A stretch of DNA of 43,083 nucleotides. Source: Nemertoderma westbladi (Eukaryota > Animalia > Xenacoelomorpha). Both the position numbers and the translations under genes were made by a program. Shown here piece after piece: positions 9,625-21,700 of this stretch (positions within the stretch are counted from its first letter, which is position 1; each line of letters opens with the position of its first letter). Where the stretch lies: NCBI GenBank assembly GCA_032718475.1, contig JAUCBJ010007732.1, positions 1 to 43,083 on the forward strand, read 5' to 3'. The notes under the pieces were generated by a model. That model made no database searches. It was not told the DNA's origin and saw nothing but the letters and a program-made list of their open reading frames with translations.

Positions 9625-12600
9625 TCAAGTGGGAGATATATCTACTGGGCTGTTCCTCTGATGGTTTTGCAAAATAGATGTGGCAATATCACTGTGAAAT
9701 ATCCTTGGATTTATTTCGGTATTAAATGGAGTTTTCAAGTGTGGCAGCAATACAGATTCCAAACTATCCATGTCTGATATATCATTATCTGAGTCATCCT
9801 CTTTACTACTCATAATTTCACCATCTTCAAAACTGGCATTTGTATTATCTACTTCCTCAGTAAATACACTTTTGCTAATTGATACATATTTATTATCGAT
9901 AAGTTTTTTGATGGACTCTTTAAGTATTTCATGTAGTTCATCGCATTTTTGATGGTCTAAGTTTATCTTACTTTTCATCAACAATATTTCGTCATCTGTT
10001 TTACCTGCATTTTTAAGAATTTCAAGTCTTTTCTTCATGCGCTTTTCTAAACCAAGTACCCGCCTTTTTAATTTTCGGATACTTACAATTTCTTGGCGTT
10101 TCTGCTTGATTTTATCTATAGTTTTATGATCATCTTCCGACAGAATATGGTGATGATATGATTGTAGATGACATCCAAAACCTGACATGCGCCATTTATC
10201 ATTGATTATATCTTTTGTGTTTGTTTCAGTTACTGCAGAACTACTTGAAGGAAATGTGCCACAGTTTATATCGCTTCTGATCATACCATTACCCACCCAA
10301 TACCTGGGAGAGATCATACTGTGGTACCCTGTGTAAGTTTCCCCACTTGTTGGTGAGGCATCAACTATAACTGGTCGAGTAAAAGTCTGGGGTATAGTGT
10401 AAGTAGCGCTTGCATTGGTATCAAATTGTTCCGAAAATAATTGAAAGGGAATTGGATGATAAGGTAAATTGGGTAATATCTGTAGGTATGTTTGAGGAAA
10501 GGCATAATTCGTCCCAAAATAAGGCATATATATGAATTTTGGAGCATTGGAAATTGTTTGTAGAGGAGATCCTTTGTTATTAATGGTGTTTAAGCCATAT
10601 AGGCCTTGGTTTGCAAAATTCGAAGTATGTTGTGCTGAATTTTCAACAATATCATAAGAAATTGAATTAATATCATCATCATCATTTCCAAAATTATATT
10701 TGAAATTTGCAATACATTGAGCATGATTGATAGGGTGGGCATCTTCAATATATTTCCCTGTAAAAGCGAGATTATTTGCACGTTTAACATTACTGTCTCT
10801 TTTATTAGTTACTGGTTCTTCTAACCTTCCAAATATTATATTGTCATATTCTAGATCGTGCTGGTTGCCTTCCTTTTCAAATAAATCCTCAATATCTTTT
10901 GATTCAAACAAATGATCAGTTTCATCTAGTAATAGTTCTGACTTCATATACTGCTGGTCTTCATCCACCTTCTTATCTACCATAATGTCAGTAATTGGTT
11001 GAACTTTTTGAATAATAGAAGTCATATTATTCTTTAGGTGTACTGCAAATGGTTCTGGATCTGATAAATTACTGCTACGTGTATTTTGCACAAATTTTTT
11101 ACTTATAAGGCATTCTGGGACACTTGTTGTTACATTAGTATGCTTGCATGGAACGATTTTTGCATCACTATAGAAATCGTCAATATCCATTTTTTGTTGT
11201 TTAGTATAATATAGTACTTCTGGTAAATGTATGTGAGAAAATACAGAAGAAATTTGTTCTATTTGACCCACATTAAAATCTATGCCACCAAGATTATGAC
11301 ATGTATCATGCACTGAAGAAGAGCTTGATTTTCCCCCATAAAAAACTTTATTTTGTATTTGTGTCATATTAATAGCTTGCTTTGGTAGCTGTTGTGATAT
11401 TTCTGATGGGTATATATTATGGAGATTTTGTCTTGATGAATTTATGTATGGATACAATGATGTAGTTGATTCAACACATAGAGGTTTTGGGGAGCTGGTC
11501 ACCAATGGTGACTTCTGTTGAGATGGCAATAACATATTATATCCAAATTCTTTAGGTTGTGCAGCACCATATGGATATTGTGGTTTATAACCTGAATAAT
11601 TTTCAAATTCTGCATTGGCATCAGTTGTGATTGTAGATTTATTTGGTGGTGAAATATTTCCAACAACACCTCTATACTGAACGTAATCATTTACTTGTAA
11701 ATCTTCAGTTGGGGTTAGAGCAAGTGGTCCTAAGTAATTAGGAATATTGGAATTGGACACCGCTTCGTCATTACTGAGATCATTATGGCTTACTGTTGTT
11801 CCGATCAATTCCATAGTCCCAGCTTCCTTTGATTCTAATGTTACCCCCTCTAACATTACTGATCTGGAAGCATTAATTGTACTGGCAAATGATTCAGTAG
11901 GCACAGACATTACATTTACAGTACGTGTTGCTTGTAAACCTTTCCTCAATTCCCATTCTTGCCATTGTTGATACCATTTTGGAAAACTATGGTAGTCGTT
12001 CACTTTTTGAAAATTGTTTCCATTTGTAAATGGGTTGTTACTTGTCGATGGCAAGTATGTTGAAAGTTCTTGACTAGGTTTACCAGGTGTTGGTAGGCCA
12101 GAGAAATCATTTAAAGATGTCGATTGTGGGCATTGGATTTTATATGTTACCGGTGTGTTAATAGGAGGCATTGAGTAATATGGACTTGGTAGTAGGGGTT
12201 TCTTCACAAAATATTTTGCCACAGACTCACTGGTTTCTCGACTATATCCTTTTTGAATGAACTTTCTATGTTTGGATTTAACATGGCTCAATGGCATCAT
12301 ACTACCAGAAATGCTTGCATGATATCCTTTTCGGCTTTGGTATGACTTCCTGTGCTGTTTATGGTTTTTTAATTTCATATCTATTTCTCTATCAGAGTCT
12401 GAAACCTGCGAAGTTGATGATGATAAATTGTATATATTTTTTCTTTTTTTATTTAAATATACATACTTCTTCGATAAACTATGCTTTATATATCTGTGCT
12501 GCAAGGATTTCAATATATGTTTTGTCCTCTGAATTTCTTTTTTAAGATAAAACCTTGAAAGTAAGTTCTTACGTTCACTTGTAATGCATTTTGATCTATA

Positions 12601-15323
12601 CACCATTCCAGGTATCCTATAAGCCTTTGCAGCGAAGCTAGTTTCGGTATCACAACCAGATAAAGGATATTTATTGAATCGTTTCCAACCACTTTGTTGA
12701 TTGTTGTAGTTATCAGTTCGATTTTGCTTCAATCTTTGATTTATTTTAGAATTCCTATGTTGATTACTAATAACATCTGCATTTTTTGTTGATTTAATAC
12801 ATGCATCAGACAGCTTTGTTTCCTCAAATTCACTACAAGTAGGCCTACATTTGAAACTAGAATGATCAACTATTTTTGTTTTATGATTATCATGCGCTGG
12901 TATTAAAGGTCTCTTCCTGATAGAGGGTTCTGGATAATACAAATCATGTTTGTGCACCAATTTTGGGACAGATGTGATTGCGAATCTGTTGTTCATATCA
13001 GATGTTGCATGGGTAATTTCGTTTTGCAGTGTGATACTTTTGTGAACTAAATTACTTTTAATAGGCCTTTTTTGTTTAATACTATAAGAATTAATGCCTT
13101 TATTACGCGAAAAGTTACAGCGATTACACTGAGTGACACATTTTAACATCTCAACCTTATTTACTCCTATTGTCATATTTGATGCTTCATTGTGAAATTC
13201 GTTGTTTATTTCATGACTTCCAATTTGGTATTCCAATGGAAAATAATCAATGGGATTCGAAATTGCTACTGCATCCATGCTGCTTGTATCCTTTTGAGAT
13301 ATTACTTCATTTTTTGACAAACCCTTAAATTTTGAAACTGGTATACAGTCTGCCTTTGTTTGGGTATTGTAATCAATAGTATGATTATCTTTTACATCAT
13401 TATCCCCACCCGTCATTGAATTTTCTGGTATGGTTTTTTCCATTTTCTTTCTAAGAAGTTCATATTTCAAATAGGTGTCCCTTTCAACTATGCCATTATC
13501 ATTTATTGCTGTATGTTGTTTATTTATACCACCAGGAACTCTAATGACATTCAGGGTGCTACATGATACATCCATATCTTCATTGCTGGTATGGATATTA
13601 GGTTGAATATCTGTGAAGGGTGGTGAGTCACCTGATGAAGACGCAACAGTTGATGATGTGATTGCAGTATATTTGTTACAGATATTGTACATATCACTTT
13701 GGTAATATTTAATAGTTATGGGTGTATCTGCTCCCTTATTATCTGGTACAATAGTATCCAATGCATTGCTTTTATCAATAGTATTATTTTCTACTTGTTG
13801 AGTTCGATTGACTGTTGGCGTGATAATCTTAGGAACAGGCATGTGCTGAATTTCATCACTTGTGACATCTGAATCAATCGCTAATGATTTATAATTTGGA
13901 TTTATAATTTCTTTGTTTGATATATTTGCAATAGCTGCTTTGAAATTAGTATTTTCAAAATTTCCTTTATATTTATAACTCTCAGTAACGACATCCAAAT
14001 ATGGTTTCTCTGGTGGAATATCATTTGAAATGGATGAAGTATTGTCACTGGAAAATTGACTTTCAGATATTTCTTCACTTCCACTGCTATACCCTTCATA
14101 GATGTGGTGAACTGATTGGTGTTCGAATGTTTCGTTTTCAGATTTTTCATTGACAATGTTTGCTTTATTTCCAGGTAATTGAAGGTTTGTAAGGGTGGGA
14201 GGTTGATGTAAATAAAAAATATCATCATTATTATTTTCCATTTCTTTTTTGTTTGAACATCTGCTAATGCTTAATGATCTAGAACGGTTGGGACTATTAT
14301 GTAATGACAAACTAGGTGCTGATTCAAACTCGCTACAACATAATTTATCATTTATCGATGAAGGATTAGCTCCCTCATGTTCTAGTTTGATATTGTTAGA
14401 GTTCGATTGTTTGCTGTTCCTTACACCAGATGAATTGCAACTGGAACATGAAATATTAGAGCTTACACAACTGGAATCCGTTGAACTTGTATAACTAAGG
14501 TGGTAGGATGAATCACACCTAGAAACTTTTCGATCAAGCTTTAGCGTAACATCACTGATTCTTTCAGTATTATGCCTTTTATTATCATTGTTTCTGTAGT
14601 TGCTGGGACTAACATCTGATAAGTGTGAAGTCAACGAAGAGGCTAAAGTACTGGTCCGATTTCCTGATAATTCACGTGTCGGGTTGTTATTACAAGTTAA
14701 TTTCACTGTTCTTTTAGTTTTCGGATTTTCAATAAGACTATTTCTGTAAAAGGAATCAAAGCGGTGTCTCCCAATGGAAGGTGAACATCTTTTTCTTAGG
14801 GTTTGACCGTGTTGTTTCGCTGATGAAGAAGGCAATTTAACAATAGGTTCATTGCTTGAATCAAGTTTGTATTGTTTTGCTTGTTTCATGACATTACAAT
14901 TTCTGTTTCTTAATGTAAAGTTAATATTTTTCTGACCACCCATTCCTCTTGCCGGCTTCATTGAAAATCTCCCATTTACATACAATTTTTCTGATTTTTT
15001 ATCACTATTTAAGTCCCAGATGGCCGATTGTGACCAACGCTTTATCGCTTTCTGCTTTTCAGCCATTCTCAGCTGCGGTTGGGGTAGCAAACAGTTTATC
15101 TTATTTACAACGCTACGAACTTTGTGCTTTGGGGAATTTCTGATATAGTTTTCCCTGTGCCGGAAAGACAAAGCTCGTTGCATGTAACGCACAGCTCTTT
15201 TCCTGCCTAGGTTGTTTATAATATCAAGCGATTTCACCTGCTTCACGACAGCTTTCATGACATAGTACAACCTGCTATCCGAATGACGTATCGCTTCTGC
15301 CTTTTTAGCCAGTATCTTCAAAA
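9625..15323 (-). CDS. Giant (~5.7 kb) probably terminal exon of an unknown host gene; large, disordered Ser/Asn/Lys-rich protein with a C-terminal coiled coil and an EDGEI motif
   Basis: Stop-free for >1900 codons in AT-rich DNA. Candidate acceptor TTTGTTCTTTAG ends at 15324, and the first ~33 codons of the called ORF look intronic. Confidence 0.75.
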
Positions 15324-15643
15324 CTAAAGAACAAATATAAGAAATATATAAATCATAAATAAATACACAAACACCTGTACCAGTATAATAAATTATTACA
15401 ATTATAATAAAATAATGAAACATATAACTATTATTTTATAATTATTAATTATATATTCATGCTGGTTGGCCATATCCCGATGTCTGTCTGTGGTGATAAG
15501 TTCACCACTACTAACACGGTCAACGCTAATATGTAAGTTGCGAGGCCTCGTTAAATAGGTGTCCAGCGGGAGGTCATACAGGCTCGCACTCAACTGGAAA
15601 GAGCATGAATCGAGATTGCGGGAGTCCAAACTGATTTCGTTGG

Positions 15644-16960
15644 TACACCAGAAGCATACACCTGGAGCATACACCAGGAGCATACACCAGGGGCATACAC
15701 CAGGAGCATACACCTGGAGCATACACCAGGTGCATACACCAGGAGCATACACCTGGAGCATACACCAGGAGCATACACCAGCAGCATACACCAGGAGCAT
15801 ACACCAGGGGCATACACCAGGAGCATACACCAGGGGCATACACCAGGAGCATGCACCTGGAGCATACACCAAGTGCATACACCAGGAGCATACACCTGGA
15901 GCATACACCAGGAGCATACACCAGGGGCATACACCAGGAGCATACACCTGGAGCATGCACCAGGTGCATACACCTGGAGCATACACCAGGAGCATACACC
16001 AGGAGCATACACCAGGAGCATACACCAGGAGCATACACCAGGGGCATACACCAGGAGCATACACCAGGGGCATACACCAGGAGCATACACCTGGAGCATA
16101 CACCAGGTGCATACACCAGGAGCATACACCTGGAGCATACACCAGGAGCATACACCAGGAGCATACACCAGGAGCATACACCAGGGGCATACACCAGGAG
16201 CATACACCAGGGGCATACACCAGGAGCATACACCTGGAGCATACACCAGGTGCATACACCAGGAGCATACACCTGGAGCATACACCAGGTGCATACACCA
16301 GGAGCATACACCAGGGGCATACACCAGGGGCATACACCAGGAGCATACACCTGGAGCATACACCAGGTGCATACACCAGGAGCATACACCTGGAGCATAC
16401 ACCAGGAGCATACACCAGGGGCATACACCAGGAGCGTATACCTGGAGCATACGCCAGGTGCATACACCAGGAGCATACACCAGGGGCATACACCAGGAGC
16501 ATACACCTGGATCATACACCAGGTGCATACACCAGGAGCATACACCTGGAGCATACACCAGGAGCATACACCAGGGGCATACACCAGGAGCATACACCTG
16601 GAGCATACACCAGGTGCATACACCAGGAGCATACACCAGGAGCATACACCAGGAGCATACACCAGGGGCATACACCAGGAGCATACACCTGGAGCATACA
16701 CCAGGTGCATACACCAGGAGCATACACCTGGAGCATACACCAGGAGCATACACCAGGGGCATACACCAGGTGCATACACCAGGAGCATACACCTGGAGCA
16801 TACACCAGGTGCATACACCAGGAGCATACACCAGGAGCATACACCAGGAGCATACACCAGGAGCATACACCAGGAGCATACACCAGGAGCATACACCAGG
16901 AGCATACACCAGGAGCATACTCCAGGAGCATACACCAGGAGAATACACCAGGAGCATACA
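15644..16960 (+). repeat. 13-bp minisatellite (CATACACCAGGAG)n, ~101 units
   Basis: Seen directly; variants CTGGAG, CAGGGG and CAGGTG. It explains all overlapping 13-aa-repeat ORFs. Confidence 0.98.
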
Positions 16961-17040
16961 GTACCGTACCGTACTGTACACTGTACAGTACAGTACTGCT
17001 GGTCATTTGCGCTGGCTGACTGGTAAAGTTAATATTTGGA

Positions 17041-18282
17041 ATGGTAATGGTGAAAAATATCGAGACTTGAAAAATATCGAGAGTAAAAATAACGAGTGTA
17101 AAAATATCGAGAGTAAAAATAACGAGTGTTGAAAATTAACGTGATTAAAAAATATCGAGAGTAAAAATAACGCGAGATGAAAAATATCGAAAATAACGAG
17201 TGTTGAAAAATATCGAGAGTAAAAATATCGAGTGTTGAAAAATATCGAGAGTAAAAATATCGGGTGTTGAAAAATATCGAGAGTAAAAATGTCGAGTGTT
17301 GAAAAATATCGAGAGTAAAAATATCGAGTGTTGAAAAATATCGAGAGTAAAAATATCGAGTGTTGAAAAATATCGAGAGTAAAAATAACGAGAGTAAAAA
17401 TATCGAGAGTAAAAATAACGAGTGTTGAAAATATCGAGTGTTGAAAAATATCGAGAGTAAAAATATCGAGTGTTGAAAAATATCGAGTGTTGAAAAATAT
17501 CGAGTGTTGAAAAATATCGAGAGTAAAAATATTGCATTTTGCTTGAGCATTTTATTTAGAATTATGGAACAATATTGCAGTGCATGGGTTACAACAGTGC
17601 AAGTGCAAGTGAATGGCATTATGTAATACACCTTGGGTACCCATTTACCAGATTTATTATACTAGCTAGTTTTTGCTATTTTTTTTAATAAATATTATAA
17701 AAGAAGTGCTAGCTATAAATTTTGATAAATATTATAAATATTGTTAAATATTATATTAGAACACGTACTGTATAAGCTACCAAATGTTGATAAATATTGT
17801 TGTTCTAGAACATTTTTAGTAAAAAAAATTATCATACAACCCTTATTTAAAAAAAATGTTACTATCGATATTTTTACTCTCGATATTTTTTTAACATTCT
17901 ATATTTTTCAACACTCGATATTTTTACTCTCGATATTTTCCAACACTCGATATTTTTCAAAACTCGATATTTTTCAACACTCGATATTTTTACTCTCGAT
18001 ATTTTTCAACACTCGATATTTTTACTCTCGATATTTTTCAACACTCGATATTTTTACTCTCGATATTTTTCAACACTCGATATTTTTACTCTCGATATTT
18101 TTACTCTCGATATTTTTCAACACTCGGTATTTTTACTCTCGATATTTTTACCCTCGATATTTTTACTCTCGATATTTTTTGAACTCTCGATATTATCGTT
18201 ATTTTTCAACACTCGATGTTTTTACTCGCGTTAATTTTACTCTCGATATTTTTCATGTCTCGATATTTTTCAATATAACCCA
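17041..18282. mobile_element. Non-autonomous foldback element with inverted arms built from AAAAATATCGAG-based subrepeats (MULE/foldback-like)
   Basis: 17050-17530 (GAAAAATATCGAGAGTAAAAATATCGAGTGTT)n is mirrored by 17865-18272; AT-rich spacer; both ends read ~GGTWAT..TGAAAAATATCGAGAC.TG. Confidence 0.85.
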
Positions 18283-18780
18283 TTGTAATTCATGTAATTG
18301 TAGGCCTACTGCTGTACTGTCTACGGTAATGGTAGAAGCAGTATAGTAGTTGGTTGGTACCGGTATCTTGGTCTGCTAATAGGCCTAATAATAGGTTATT
18401 GTTTGTTAGGCCTATTCCTATAGGAAGTTTAGGCCTAACTTAATTTAGTAATTTCTGACAAGACGTTTAACAGAGAACATCCCAACTGTTACGGTACTTT
18501 TACAGTACCAGTATGGTAGGCCTACCTAGGTCTATCTATACGGCCATAAATCTAGCAGCCTTGCCACCTACAGACCTACATAGTTAAGTAGTTGGATCTG
18601 ACCTGTAGCGGTAGGTACAGTAACTGGTTCCCCTTCCCAGTAATGTGGTAAACCTATTACAGTAGGTATTACAGAGTAGGCCTATTACCGGTATTTAATT
18701 CATGTGATTTTCAGATTTTGACTGTATTTGACAATAATTGTTCTTTTCTAACTGCAACTGTCTAACACTGTAACATTAAC

Positions 18781-21700
18781 ATGGCTGACGCTGACTTGAA
18801 AAATTATCTACTTAAACTCGGGGTCTCAGAGCAAATTATCGACGAGTTTGTAAGGATTACGGATATTCATAATTTACAAGAGGTTGCAGAAACCATTGAA
18901 AATGATGTAGACCTTGAAGAAATTTCAAAAAGTTTACTTTCATCTATGTCGATTAAGAATAGAAAAAAACTCGTTAGAGCACTAGCTGATGCAGTTGGAA
19001 TTCAAGATCATAATCAGTCAATCAGTGACTGTACTTCAAGGTTGAGCCAATTCGCTTTGCAATGTATTGTTGGTAATTCGTCTAGCATGGTGGTCGGTGG
19101 TGAAGATTCCAATGTTATGTTAGAATCGGTGGATAATGACGGTACCGGTGGTGCTAGTGCTCCTATAGTTAATGTTTGTCGGTCTCTTTTTGGTCCGACA
19201 GGAAGTTCCTCTAATTCTATGGCGTGCAATACCGGTTTGTGTAGGCCTAATGACTCAAAACGCACTCGAAATTTCGAGCGACCTCGAGCGACTTCAACTC
19301 CTACTAAGAGTCCGTTACAAAAGAAACAGTGCACAGGATATGCAGATGGTATAGGAGAAGCAGATATGTCCCTAGGCCTATGTTATTCTCCCATTAAATT
19401 CGATAATTCTCTTAATAGATCTTGTCGATCTCTTTTTCAAGGTTTCAGTCCAAATGAGACACGAAATCCTCTTGAGGTTTATGATTCTTCACACTCTTTT
19501 GCCATGCCGATCTATTTAGCTGAGACAATTTTAGATCTTCCAGTTCATGCGGAAGAACTTATAGAATCGGATATAGATCGTGATGATATTCCCCTGGTGG
19601 TAATTGATTCCCCAGATTCCTCAATTGTTGATCCAGCAGCGACTCTTGACCAAGAAATTTGCGAAGAAATTTTGTCAACACTTAAAGAGTCCTTAAAATG
19701 TTTTGATGGTCTAGTTTGTTTCGATACAAATATGATTTCCTTGTCAGTTCCCCCTCATCAAGTCGCAAATTTGTTAAAGATTATACCTGACATATATATT
19801 GCAGACAGAGTTCCTTCTATGTGCCAGAAGATCGAGAAGAACTATACATTCTTCTTTAAAGTAACCTCAAAGCTGAATGCAACAGAAATTGAGAAATCAG
19901 AGAACCTTGGCTCCTTTAAACTCTGTCAAAAACGAATTTATTACCTTTCTACAGAAAATAATGGATTTAAGTCGGTTCCTCATGGAGAAAGTGATAGTTC
20001 ACATACTGTAAATGCTAAATTAGAAAGGTTATACTTTATATGTCGAAGCAATACTGATTTTCGCAAACGGATGATATTTTTGCATGAACGAGATACTGAG
20101 ACTCATCAATTTATGCCAACGTACATTGTGGTGCAATATGATCGAAGGGATGAGGTTCATCCATTCTCCATAACTTCACATATTAGGCCTAAAATTTCAG
20201 TGGCCCTTAAAGGGCACATTAAAACAGCAAAATCCGAAATGCAAGGGGCAAGTTCGAAGAAAATTTAAAATAGAGTCATTGATGACAGTGGGGGGTTGTT
20301 GAGTGCTCCCAGCTGTGATGAACTGCCAAAATCGGTTCGTCAAGTCGATTGGTATGCTCGTGAAGCAACAGTACTTAAGGGAGCCAATGAGAGGGATAAA
20401 AACGATCCACTTAAGAAACTGCAACTAAAATTACAAACTGATGATAACTTTATCCTTTGTATGAGTTTCACCCCCCATTTATCTATTTTTATTGGATTTA
20501 ATTGGCAGCTTGAACTTATAGATAAGAATTGCTGCAATCCAGATGTTGGATATTTTGTTCCGTTTGGTATTGATACAACCTTTAATTGTGGCGACTTTTG
20601 GGTCACAACAACAAGTTTTAAAGAGCAAATGCTCGTGTCTAAACGCTCAAATAATTATCCTCGTATTCCTGGCCCATTCTTCATTCACACCCGGAAGTCT
20701 GTAAGTGCACACGATATCTTTCCTCAATGGCTCCTGCAATTGAAACCTTCACTCTGCAATATGCGTGTTGTAGGTTCTGATCGGGAGAAGGCGATAATCA
20801 TCGCATGGTCAGAACGTATTCCTGCATTAATGTTGCTTTGTTATCTCCATTTAAAACAGGATATCAAGCGTCATTTATCGGAGGAAGGATTATCACGCTA
20901 CAGTGAGACTGTACTGATTGATGTAGAGACATTGTGCAACTCTCGTTCTGTAGATGAGTACAATCTGAGATCAGTTGATATATTTAATTCTTGGGATTAT
21001 ATGGAACTGGAAGTTAAGGCTCAAGCTGATTTTTCAAAGTGGTTTAAAACATATGTACAAGAGGATTTAGTCGCATATTTTTTACAGAGTCATCGAATTA
21101 GCTGTGGTCTTTCAGAGAGTGATTTTTTCATGAATCAATGTGAGGATAGTTTAAATTCAGAAGTTAAACGATGGATTAGTCACAAACACCTTGACATTTA
21201 TTAATTTGTTAATGAAATGGAGAAGTTAGCTCTAAAATATAAAAATGATATAGACATGGCTATCATTGGTCGTGGTGATTATGCTATTGATTGATTATGC
21301 TTGTAGCGCATTTTCTGACCAAAAAGACGAATTTTTGAAACATATCCTATCTGATGCAGAATTTCATGCTGAATCCAAATATGGAAACCGTTTTCCCATA
21401 TCTTGCTTAGTTTTCGAGATATCTGGCATAGAAGATACTGGCTCCGATATATCGCGATATCGGTAAGGCGATGAAGTTTGGGGTTTGCATTCAATTTCTG
21501 CAAATTTCTGTGCCCATTGGTGCCAATTGGATGTCTCCACGAGAAAGAGCACAAAATTTTAATTGAGAAAGTATTATTTTATGATTATTGGACCTACTGA
21601 TCAGTTTATAAGACAACTTCAAGTCTCCGGAATGAAGACGGGACTCGAATAAGCGACTCTGCGGTCTTTGCGGGATTACACGGAATAGACTTATCGGTCA

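Noticed and set aside
15324-15423. Signal-peptide-like N-terminus of the 1932-aa ORF
   Set aside because: AT-rich, intron-like sequence upstream of a good splice acceptor.
15402-17132. Seven long overlapping ORFs with 13-aa repeats
   Set aside because: Artefacts of a stop-free 13-bp minisatellite; the same applies to 23717-24412.
17029-18346. ORFs rich in YFYSRYF/TLDIF repeats
   Set aside because: Translations of foldback subrepeats.
20266-21204. Alternative genetic code or readthrough at the in-frame TAA codons of the transposase
   Set aside because: The gene is also disrupted by an insertion, and other long ORFs read normally in the standard code; simple nonsense mutations suffice.
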